Source of the DNA: Carcharhinus amblyrhynchos
Lineage: Eukaryota
Length of the DNA: 64,000 bases
Assembly (NCBI GenBank): GCA_965287045.1
Contig: OZ336887.1
Coordinates: 22,692,001-22,756,000 of the forward strand
Direction of reading: 5' to 3'
Position 1 is the first letter of the stretch. Each line of letters begins with the position of its first letter. The position numbers and the translations under genes are program-made. The notes beneath the pieces are model-generated. The model saw nothing but the letters and a program-made list of their open reading frames with translations. It had not been told where the DNA came from and made no database searches. Shown piece by piece: positions 11,514 through 22,287 of the stretch.

Positions 11514-11638
11514 CATACAATCTTCAGTCTTACAATCGCACAAAGCATCATAAACATCCTTCAGTTTTCCCTCTAGAACCAGTGATGCCAACACATCTCT
11601 TAACAGGTTTTCCCCCAGAATTTCATGGAAGCATAAAA
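11514..11638 (-). CDS. HELZ-like coding exon 3
   Basis: ttcccaag| 125 nt LCFHEILGENLLRDVLASLVLEGKLKDVYDALCDCKTEDCM |GTAGGT; aligns without gaps to HELZ [41 protein letters not shown]. Confidence 0.88.
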
Positions 11639-11822
11639 CTTGGGAACAGAACAGTTAATTAACATGTGATAAGTATATCGATCGTCAAAAGCCATACTAA
11701 GCATATATATGATGTTTTTTCAATATTAAAACTTTTAAAGAGCAATTCCTAAGAAACCTCAACTGGATTCATCATATTATACTTAAATATATAATTGATG
11801 CAAGCCGTTTTATACAACTTAC

Positions 11823-11859
11823 CACTTTTACAATCTTCTTCGGCCTCTTTGTAATTCTT
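11823..11859 (-). CDS. HELZ-like coding exon 2
   Basis: ctctacag| 37 nt KNYKEAEEDCKS(V) |GTAAGT; HELZ has KNYVQADEDCRHV. Confidence 0.9.
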
Positions 11860-13289
11860 CTGTAGAGAAATACAGAAGTGTTTACATTTATTCATTCATT
11901 CATTGAGGTGCCAAAATACTTAGAATAACTAAATTTAATACTCCTATTTTTCTGAGCAATATCTATCACATAACATACAATTTAAAAAGAGTAAAAATTT
12001 AGATTGGTTGGTATTCACCTGACATATATTATGCACTACATTTAATTATTCATCTCTCATCTGCACCCCTATAAAGACCGAAAGAACGTCTAGATCTGTA
12101 CCTCAAGCCGTGCCAATGATCTCTGATGAACGCAGCAAATATACATTTAAAATTAAAAATGTATTTGTCAAAGCTTATTTTAAATGTATGCCAGCTATTT
12201 TCACTGTCAAAATTTACAAAGGGTGTCAGTGTTCATCAGCTCTCTCAATGAAAGCATGTCAGGATGAAGCAACTTTGTAACAAAAGCTTACGTTGTACTA
12301 TTTATGAAAGAAATTCTTGATTGAACTAAAAGGGATTGCTGGCACATTATAGCATTGAAGTCTCAAGCTGCAAAAACGTGAAGGTGCTCTCTGTGAAATG
12401 TTTCCAACATTTTAGATACACTAATGTTGTGTGCGAAAATACGTCTTGCACGTTCGCTTTTGTAAATTAACTTGACACAACTAAAGTGAAGGAATAATTT
12501 TAGGCCACAATAGTCTGGCTCCCAATGTGCTTTTCTCTGTTTTTCAAGATATAGGCAAAGTAGTCAAAACCAACATAGATTCTAAAATAGACCATGATTA
12601 TTAAATAGGGTAATTCACAAGGTAAATCTAACATTAAGTTGAGAAATACCAAAATACATTTATAGCATTCAATCAGCACCAATGGAATGGAACAATATAG
12701 AAAAAGTGCATTTATTTAAAAGTTGTTACCACGTCCTGGACTAAACAGACCAGTTTTTAAAACATCTCTTTTTCAACCATGTTAGAAACCTAATCACATT
12801 AAATTGAGTCACTAAGCCCTCCATATGTTTGCCTCTCTCGCTCTCACACATTCAAAAGAACATCTGGACCATCTTCACCCAGCCACAGGCAAAACCGGGA
12901 ATTAATTCCTAATGGCATTCTTCATAGATTTTTAAAACTCTATTTTAACTTCTATTAGCTTGGCTGATTGTTACCACAATCAATACCTCCATTAATAATG
13001 GAAAATACAGCTGTGTGACTTACTATGTTAGTTGCAAGTGTACCTGTAACTAATACTTTCAAAGCCAACTGAAAGTTCATCTTCTCTCAAAATCTTAGAC
13101 TAATTTCTACAAGCTGAGCAAAAATCAAGTTAGTCATATAAAAACCTTTCATGAATAACTTGTATCTTTTTCATTTTTATTCTAAGTCAGCCCTGTATCA
13201 AACCATAATTTCTTGTTTTTTTAATATCTCCCCTTCCCACCTGCTTTTTCCTTAATTTTTTTTAAGCAGAGTAACTGTTTCACTTAAGC

Positions 13290-13655
13290 AGTTATGTTAC
13301 TGGGCTAGTACTCTAGTAACCTAAAGCAATAATTCAGAGAAAGTGAGCCCAATTCCTACCAGGGCAGCTTGACAAAATAAAAGTTGAAATACAATGTTGA
13401 TACCAGTAGAAGTGACCACAAATTACTGTCAGATTGCCATAAAAGCCCTAATGGCTCACTAATGTACTTTATGGATGGAAACCAACCACCCAGTCAGACC
13501 TATATCTGATTAGCTCCCACACCAGTGTGATTGATTCCTCACTGCCCCAAAATGGCATTTTGTTGTACAAAACCTCTATCAACTTTTTAAGACAGACTAT
13601 CACCTTCTCAAGGCAACTGGAGATGGACAATAAATGCTAGTGATGTCCTTATTCC
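13290..13655 (+). mobile_element. Diverged SacSINE1-like copy
   Basis: Collinear similarity to 5928-6392 (GTTACTGGGCTAGTA..CTCACTAATGT..GATGGACAATAAATGCT). Confidence 0.55.
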
Positions 13656-14310
13656 AACACTGACTGGCATGTCCTGCAACGTATCTCCAGTGCCTCCAGG
13701 ATACGGTCTCCAAACTAACATATATCCATCACAAACATTTCTCCACATTCAATCATCCTCCTGCTCTTTAAACCTTGCAGCTTGGCAAGAATCCAATAAA
13801 TTTAGGAAAACACTAACCTTACCCCTGCAATTAAGCTAACTGTATGTACAAATGATATTTAACCAGGTTGCAAATCTTGTTTAGTACATCTATTACAGTT
13901 ATATTCACTGACAGACAATATTGTGAAGACATTTTTGTACACTTGGAGATAGCCATTGTTTTCCTGAAAACTGCCTCCCAATCTCACCCCTTCACATCAT
14001 GTACAGAACATTTTTAGTCTTCCGTTCACAAAGTGAATAAATACAATACCTTCTTAGCTCTTGGAAAGCACTGTATATTGGATCCATTGAGCTTTATAAG
14101 AAAGAACATTATATCCTACATTAAATCCGGTACTTTTTAAACGAGCACAGGGAATGTTATTTCCCAAGTGTCAGCGACCCATCAGTAACACATCATTAGT
14201 CCAGGATAAGTCATGTATTGAGTAAATGTATGATTCAGCTTCTTTTCAGCTCAGATCCAAGTTTTCCTGAACTTCCAAGCAACTTAAACTGTAAATTTTT
14301 TTTATGTTTG

Positions 14311-14672
14311 TTTATTTTATTAGTGTCACAAGTAAGCTTACGTTGACGCTGTAATGAAGTTACTGTGAAAATCCCCTAGTCACCACATTCTGTTCAGATA
14401 CGTGGAGGGAGAATTTAGCATGGCCAACCGATCTAACCAGCACATCATCTGAACTGAGAGAGGAATTTCGCACTAAGTTCATTGCAGTCTTAATGTAAGC
14501 CTTACTTGTGACGAATAAATAAAAGTTAACTTAACCAGAGCTCCCGGAGGAAACCCATGCAGACATGGGGAGAACATGCAAACTCTACACAGACAGTCAC
14601 CCAAGCCAGGAATCAAACCCAGATCCCTGGCGCTGAGGCATCAGTGCTAACCACAGTGCCACCATGCCACCC
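14311..14672 (-). mobile_element. HE1-related V-SINE with internal inverted tail copy
   Basis: Reverse-strand tRNA head and V-domain; tail ..CTTGTGACACTAATAAA; second tail in + orientation at ~14470-14527. Confidence 0.85.
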
Positions 14673-15667
14673 CGTTGTCAATTATATGGAGGTTTGTTCC
14701 TACTGCTTGAGATTCCTAGAACACGAGCTTCCAAACTGTTACTTTTATCCAAGTACAAAAAAGTCATTCAAACCCTCATTGAAAAAAAAGTGCTTAAGTT
14801 CCCAAATACCAAAAGACTGGGTAGCAAGGTCACATAGCCAATGAAAGGCTGCCCATGGTCCTTCATCCACAATATTTTGAAATGTTAGGATTGGATCTTC
14901 CTATGTTTATGAATGTATCATGGTGCTCCTTTTTGCAGACAATATTGTTATTACAAGACTCACCTGGGGCCCAGAGCACTCTATCCAGAATGTTAATCAG
15001 TTAAGCTATGAAATATGGTAGTGGGTCACATCAACAATAGCTCCACTTCGTAAGCCAAAGAGGGATCTTAACAGGACTTAAGATATATGTATTACTGATC
15101 TGTGTAGTCGTTCAGGACCCTGGCTATGCTAACTTGACCAATTCTTCAGGGCCCTACAGAGATGGTCTTTCTTCAGGACTAGCCACTTCCTACTCCTAAA
15201 CAAGCACGTGGTGTGGGAGACTAGTCTGAAACACCTCTTCAAAGCCTCCTGGTCTCTGCCTGGTTCAAGATTCAGAACCAAGCAATGAGATGATTTTGTG
15301 GCCTATAATAACTGGTTTCTGTTTATTCTGGAAGCAGCTTCAACCCAGATGCACTTCTCCAGGAAAATTGGAAGATGGGTAGATCATTTAGCCGTTCATG
15401 CCTATTCTGCCATTCAATGAGATTGTAGCTGATCTGTTACATAATTCTATATACCCCTTTAGCCCCATATTCCTTTATCACCAATTCAAGACGAGCATAA
15501 TTAAGCTGTCAGAGATAAGCAAGACTGCTAAACGGTACAGTGGTTGACAAAACACAATATCCTATTGTAGGTCATTCCACCACAACAAAGGCAATTTCTG
15601 TTGGGAAAACCAAGGTGACTACTACTGCAAGATTTTTACTTGGAGAGCACAAATGGGAGCATGTCAA

Positions 15668-17330
15668 CAGTGGTCTCCAAATAGTTGGCCGAGGTCGACA
15701 GGTCGAGCCTGGAGTCTTGAAAAATTGATCTTCATTTGCTGCCGAAAATGCACAAGACTTGAGCTTCTTGTGATAACAAGCAAATCAGCCCATTGACTGC
15801 TGAATGTCAAAAATGGCGGAACTTGGGCTTCATATAATGATGACCGAATCAGATCATTGATTTCCATACCACACCAAAAATGCGTCGAACTCAGTCTTCT
15901 TGTGATGAACTAATCAAGTCATCGACTGCCAAACTGCACCAAAAATGCAGGAACTAGAGATGATGGGCAAGTCAGCTTATTGACTGCCAAACCATGTAGA
16001 ATTTTCTCATGATGACAAGCAAATCAGCTCAACTGTCAAATTGCAGGTGTCAAATGTGGACTAAGCTGGATGTAAACAAAATGATGAGCGAGGAACCAGT
16101 AACCTCCAAGAGGGCAAAAACCTATCATTTCCACTAGGAATGGAAAGTTTTTTTTCCCATGAATGTCAAAGGCAAGACCATATGTCAATCGAGTATAGCC
16201 TTAAGTAGAGGTAATTTTGGAATGGCATCACAAGACAATTCATGCAAAATTTCTAGAGAATTTCCCTTTAAACAGCACTATTTGGACAAAGAAAGTTGGG
16301 GAGTTAAAGGAAGTGTTGCAAGCTCAACTGTCATTCTTTTCAAAACCTTTGGCTAAAGGCAAGGCAAGGCAAGCAAAAAGACACCTTTTCACATGAGCCA
16401 AGCGTTGTTAAAATGCAAGTTGTTGTTCAGGGATGGTGAAGTTATCAAGGGGGCTACGATGGTTGTTGCTGACATCTTGTTCAAAGACTTCAAAAACAAA
16501 AATGAAATTATGACAGCTATTAAAAGCATGATGCTTGCTGCTTCAACAGTAGCCAGAAAGTTGGAATTGTTGTTAGAGGATGTCGCAGCAAATACATCAA
16601 GAATTATCAGGCTGTGAATGTTTCTCACTACAGTTTGATGAGTCAGTAGACATGATGGACACAGCCAGATCATTGTTTTCATTCACGTGGCATTCAAAGA
16701 TGCAACAACAATGGAGGACTTCCTCACTTTTTTGCCAAAGGGAGGACAAGAGGTGAGGATGCCTACAAAGAATCTAGAAAGGTATGTGACTGAGAAAAAA
16801 CATTAAAACATTCTGATCAGGAAACTGGTTTCAATCAAACTGGTAGCGCACTGTCAATGCTATGTGTCAACGCAGGCTTTGTTGCACTTCACAAAAATGA
16901 TCTTGAATTCCCCTCCTTTGTCAATTATCACTATGTATCCACCAACAAGTGCTAGTAAGGTTATTGAATTTTCTCATGTAATGACAGTCATCGTCAAGAT
17001 CCCTGAAATTGTCACCTTCCTTAAATCAAGAAATAAGGTGTACAGGAAGCTGACAGGTGACGTGTGGGTTGCTCATCCTGGCATTTCTCAGGGATGCAAG
17101 TATAAAATTGAATGAGCTAAACAGTGAACTGCAGGAGAGGGACAGAGACTTGAATATATTCACTGCACTGATCAAGTATGACAAGTTGAAACTGAGCCTG
17201 TGCTCCTCCCAGATATGGAACAAAATTATTGAGCACTTCTCAAATCTGGAGAAAATCAAACAACAGATCAAACAGAAAAGGTCTCATCTTGAAAGGCAAA
17301 ATTCTTCTTGTGAAAAGGAAGATGTATAAA
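15668..17330 (+). mobile_element. Decayed hAT (Charlie/GTF2IRD2-like) DNA transposon
   Basis: TIR-like CAGTGGTCTCCAAA at 15668; broken transposase frames SEEPVTSKRAKTYHFH, FRDGEVIK..LFKDFKNKNEIMTAIKSMMLAASTVARK, LAFLRDASIKLNELNSELQ. Confidence 0.8.
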
Positions 17331-18011
17331 AAAAGATTTCTTATAGCTGAAGATTACTTACTCGGTGATAGAAGTTTAGGAATAATTAATCCAATACAAG
17401 AAGCCCGCAAGTCTGCGTTACTCCAGCACATTGTCAATAAGTGGTCAATTTGTCTGCCTTGGTAATGAGCTATAAAGAATGGACCAAACACTGGAGGCTG
17501 GAATTTTTCAAAATTTGATTAAGAAAACCCAACTTTCTGCCAGGTATGGCAATCCTAGTTGAAAAAGCAGTAATTCTAGCCCCAGCGAAACATAATCTTC
17601 ATTAACCCTTGGCTCTATCAATCTGCATCTCAAGAACATCGATATAGCACCTTTCGTATTTTCAGGACATCCAATGAGTATAAATACAACAGCCAATCCC
17701 ACCAAGATAAGGGACCAGATCATTCATTTTAGGATGTTAGTGGAGGGATTAAATGCTAATTGGCATACAAAAACATCCCCATATTTCAAATAGTGCTGAG
17801 GAATATTTTACATCCACTAGTGAGGATGTAATAAACACAATTTGTTTCTTTCTCACTCCTTTGCAGTATTCTGACTGGAAGTACAATTTGAGTAGTGTAT
17901 GAAAGGATCTTAGCCAAAACAGTGCTTGTTTCTGTTCCCTCCCATTTGAACTGACAGATATTGACAAAATGTGAAGAAAAACCCACTATAATGAGTCCAA
18001 CAAAATGGATT

Positions 18012-18662
18012 CAAATAAAAGCAAAACACTGAAAATGCTGGAAATCTGAAATAAAAATTAGGTGCTGAAAAGTTTGGCAAATCTGGCAGCATCTGTGGGG
18101 AGAGAAACAGACACCGACTCTAATATGACTCGAGCTCCAAAGAATCATATTCGTCTAGACACACTAAAATGATTCAAGGTTGGTTTTCCTGCTGACGGTG
18201 CAGCTGGTGCAGAAAATTAGAACTGTAGATGTCCTGTTTAATTCCACACAAAATTACTCTCTGCAACAAACACTAAAACAAAGAATGTTTGTTTAACATT
18301 TTGCTTAAAGAAAATCTACTCCGAAACTATTTTCTGAAGGAAAACGTGACCAGATACCTGCTCTCAACTGGAGAAAGGCATGGTTCCTCAACTTTTTCTT
18401 TGCAGAGAAATGTGAAACAGGCAGGTTCCTTTCACACGAAACAAAATTTTTAGAAATAGTCACTTTTCAGAGACAGCAACAGAAAGAGCTTCCAGTCACT
18501 ATTCTATCATGGTTAGTTACAGTTTCTCTTAATTCAACTGCAACTCAAATTGTCATACAGGAAACGTCGACTGTCTCCCTCAGCAGATGCTGCTGCCAGA
18601 TCTGAGTTTTTCCTGCATTTTCTGTTTTTATTTCAGATTTCCAGAATCAGCAGTACTTTGCA
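18012..18662. repeat. Inverted pair of Penelope-type termini (~18012-18110 and ~18566-18662)
   Basis: TGCTGGAAATCTGAAATAAAA..TCTGGCAGCATCTG versus CAGATGCTGC..CCAGA..TTTTATTTCAGATTTCCAG; mirrored pseudo-ORFs in the track. Confidence 0.75.
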
Positions 18663-19004
18663 GAATAGCAATGTGTAAAACATTTTGCAAAAAAACAGAA
18701 TTTGTGGGCTCACCTGAAAGTGCAAAATCTTTAAATAAGTCTGGATTTGTCATGCCTGTGTCAAGAACGCAAGTGTAAGACAACAATGGATATGTATTTT
18801 TTTTAAAAAATGGATATGGACAATTCATCTCGACCCAAAATGGAGCCAGTCATGTGATTTTTGTAATTTTTACGCAAAGAACAAGTTCATGTCTCTGTAA
18901 AGTCATTAAAATGTAAATGTCCACGGATAATGTGCTCCTCCCTTGAAGAGGCATTCTAGATTAAAACCACTTATGGTTTTAGCTTTTTTTCATTATCTAA
19001 TGGG

Positions 19005-19340
19005 CAGTGGGCACTCGTGGCAAGGCCACTATTTGTTGCCTATCCCTAATTACCCTTGAACTGAGTGGCTAGCTAGGCCACTTCAGAGGCTTTTTGAGAG
19101 TTAAACCATAATACTGGTGGTCTGCAGTCACACATGGGCCAGACCAGGTAAGGATGGAAGATTGCATACCTAAAAGGGCATTAGTGAACCAGATGGGTTT
19201 TTACAACAATTGATGAGTTATTAATTGAATTTAAATTCCACCAGCTGCCATGTTGGGGTTCAGACCAGTCTCCCTCAAATACTAGCCTGGGCCTCTGGAT
19301 TACTGGTCCAGCAACAATATCATTACACCAACATCTGCCC
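19005..19340 (-). mobile_element. SacSINE1-like copy
   Basis: Reverse complement of the 5928-6392 family (CCCTAATTACCCTTGAACTGAGTGG, CATTAGTGAACCAGATGGG). Confidence 0.72.
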
Positions 19341-19494
19341 CAATTCTATTTACTGAAACTCAAATTCAATGGATCCCTCCCCCCACCCCAGCTCAATGTC
19401 AACTAGCTTGAAAACTAACAGAGACTGGGGAGAAGCCAGTTTATTACAATCAAGTGCAAAAAACCACCAGTCACACCACTGTCCCCCTGCCACT

Positions 19495-20187
19495 GTGTGG
19501 TAAAGGCCTCTATCATCATTTCATCTATGTCGATAACAGATGTATTGATCATGTGGTCACATGAACAAAACATACTAGAGATAACGCACCTCATTAGTCC
19601 AAGGACCAGTTAGAGGCAAGTCAGTTTATAGACCAACAGGACGCAAGAGGGACCAACTTCTTACAAAAAGACAGAACCCCACTTAACAACCAGTCAACAG
19701 AGGCAGTGAGAAAGGTGTTAATTTGTTGACACCTGAAACAAAAGTTGTTCACTTTTTTTCTAAAGAAGCTTGGATGAAACTTTATCTAAAAGACCTGGAG
19801 ATTTCCAACCTCACATTCAAAGAGCCACAAGACCCTACCTCCAGCCCTTTTGACAAGTTTATCCTAAAGGACCAATTCAAGCACGTAATCGGTTTCCTTG
19901 TTATTCCCTTATCAATCTAAGTGCACCCATCATCTGTAAAACCCATCTTTTCTTGGATGTCTTGGTCTTTGTGTGAGAGAGTGAATGTTTTAACGCACTT
20001 ACGTTGTGTGAATAAATGTTTATCTAGTCTTTTAACTTCAACTTACCAGAAAGTCAGTTTCATGTTTTATCCTTTAAAGTCACAACACTCAAAGGGATTT
20101 ATAAAGCTCCCTAAAAATATACATCTTGTTTTGGACAACCAAGAGGTGAGGGAAAAGGTTGTCCCACACCTCTCCTCATCCATAACA
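19495..20187 (+). mobile_element. Possible solo LTR
   Basis: Ends ..CATAACA, has internal AATAAA (20011) after a GT-rich tract; the 5' boundary and TSD are unresolved. Confidence 0.3.
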
Positions 20188-20235
20188 GCATTGAAAAACA
20201 TACACAACAGATGGTTGATTTGGAATTACAAATGG

Positions 20236-20767
20236 TAGTTGAAGATATTTTGGCCTTGGAGGGAGTGCAGAGGAGGTTTACTAGGCTGATACCGGAGTTG
20301 AGGGGGTTGAGCTATGAGGAGAGGCTGAATAAACTAGGCTTGTACTCGTTAGAGTTTAGAAGAATGAGGGGAGATCTCATTGAGACATATATGATGATGA
20401 ATGGGATGGATAGGATAGAGGTGGAGAGACTCTTCCTGCTCAAAAAAGACAGTAGGACTAGGGGGCACAGCCTCAAGATAAAGGGGGGGCGGTTTAGAAC
20501 GGAGTTGAGGAGGAACTTCTTCACTCAAAGGGTGGTGAATCTCTGGAATTCTCTGCCCGTTGAAGTGGTGGAGGCTGCCTCGCTAAATATTTTTAAGACG
20601 CGGGTTGATGGGTTTTTGATAAGAGAGGGGATTAAGGGTTATGGGGAGAGGGCGGGAAAGTGGAACTGAGCCACGACAGATCAGCCATGATCTTACTGAA
20701 TGGTGGGGCAGGCTCGAAGGGCTAGATGGCCTACTCCTGCTCCTATTTCTTATGTTCTTATGTTCTA
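20236..20767 (+). mobile_element. Young 5'-truncated CR1 LINE
   Basis: Uninterrupted ORF2 C-terminus (DILALEGVQRRFTRLIPELRG..FFTQRVVNLWNSLP..GYGERAGKWN), 3'UTR and TTCTTATG tandem tail. Confidence 0.95.
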
Positions 20768-21736
20768 ACTGAACAATGTCTCTCAAACTAAAGTGAAACT
20801 CAAGCAATTTAGCAAATTTAAAGATATAATCAGTGTCAGACAGCTATATACAGCCTATAATTTTTACTAAATAAAATATACTTGCACCTCCTCAGGTGTC
20901 CTGGCTCATGTAGGGAAGACATGACTGCCAAACAATTCACTGTCAACTAGTTGAATATGCATTGAATAACACGAGTAATATAACACTCCATTTAATTCAT
21001 GCAAAACACTGGAAAAATATATACACAACATCACACACTAGCTGTATTTCTACAAAACAGAGGAAAGCAAGATACTAGTCAGATACCTGCACACTGGGAA
21101 ATGAATAGACATGAAATTGTATTGTTTTCAAATATTCAAATGGATAGAGGTGTGTATAATAAACAGGAGGCAAAGTCAGAATTACTACTAGGAGATTAAA
21201 CACAGAGAGAGGAACTAAAATAAACTTAAAAAGTTATGAACTTGTTACCCTGCCGTAACTATTGAGATAGTGACACATACATTGTTTAAAAAGGAATGAG
21301 CAATAATTAAAAAAGGAGAAAATACAAGTTTTATGCAAGGAAAAGGCCGAGGAATGTAACGAGAACTGACAATTCCAGTTGATGGCACAGGTGTGAGATC
21401 AAACTGCCTTCTTGTGGGTTCCAGTTTTTAGGTTTCCATGAACAGACTGCCAGAATGAAATTTTCTACTTCCAACATTTACAAATAGAATTCTTTCCATA
21501 TGATTCAACTGGGACTAGCCAGACAATGGAAATGAAATTTTCTCATCATTCCTTGGATCAACAAAATAAGTGATCAAAGAACAGGACACCAACCCATTGT
21601 TATGAAGTGCAACATAGCATTATTTCATGATGGGAGAAAACAGCAGGGGGAGTGAATAAGGGATTAATGGAGGTAGAGTTTACAGAAAATGAAAAATGCA
21701 CAGAATAAAGTAGCTACAGAAGAAGGTGGTAGCCAT

Positions 21737-22287
21737 GATGTGGAGATGCTGGCGTTGGACTGGGGAAGGCACAGTAAGAAGTCTCACAACGCCAGTTTAA
21801 AGTTTATTTGGGAGCACAAGCTTTTGGAGCTCTGTCTCTTCATCAGGTGAGTGGTTCACAAACAGGGCACATATAGACACAGAATCAATTACAAGAGAAT
21901 GGTTGGAATGCACTCTTAACAGGTAATCAAGTCTTTACAGGTGCAGACAACGCGAGTGGAGAGAGGGATCTTGGGTTCATGTCACAGTATCTGTAACCCC
22001 CCACAACTTGCCTGGCCTTGCAAAATCTTACTAACTGTCCTGGCTGGTCAATTCATACCTCCTTAACCTGTGTTTAACCCTCTGTCCACTCGCATTGTCT
22101 GCGCCTGTAAAGACTAGGTTACCTGTTAAGACTCGCATTCCAACCATTCTCTTGTAATTGAGCGTGTATCTATACACTCTGTTTGTGAACCCAATTCGCC
22201 ACTCACCAGATGAAAGGGCAGCGCTCTGAAAGCTCGTGCTACCAAATAAACCTGTTGACTTTAATATGGTGTTGTGAGACTTCTTAC
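21737..22287. mobile_element. Penelope-like element with inverted pseudo-LTRs
   Basis: Arms ~21774-21967 and ~22078-22287 are reverse complements; each has a degenerate CTGATGA..GAAA core. Confidence 0.78.

Noticed and set aside
15720-16045. CRISPR-like repeat-spacer array
   Set aside because: Eukaryotic context, units are degenerate along their whole length, no unique spacers or cas genes.
20211-20669. Intact 152-aa ORF as a host gene
   Set aside because: It is the ORF2 C-terminus of a young truncated CR1; same for 3612-3965 and 63186-63599.
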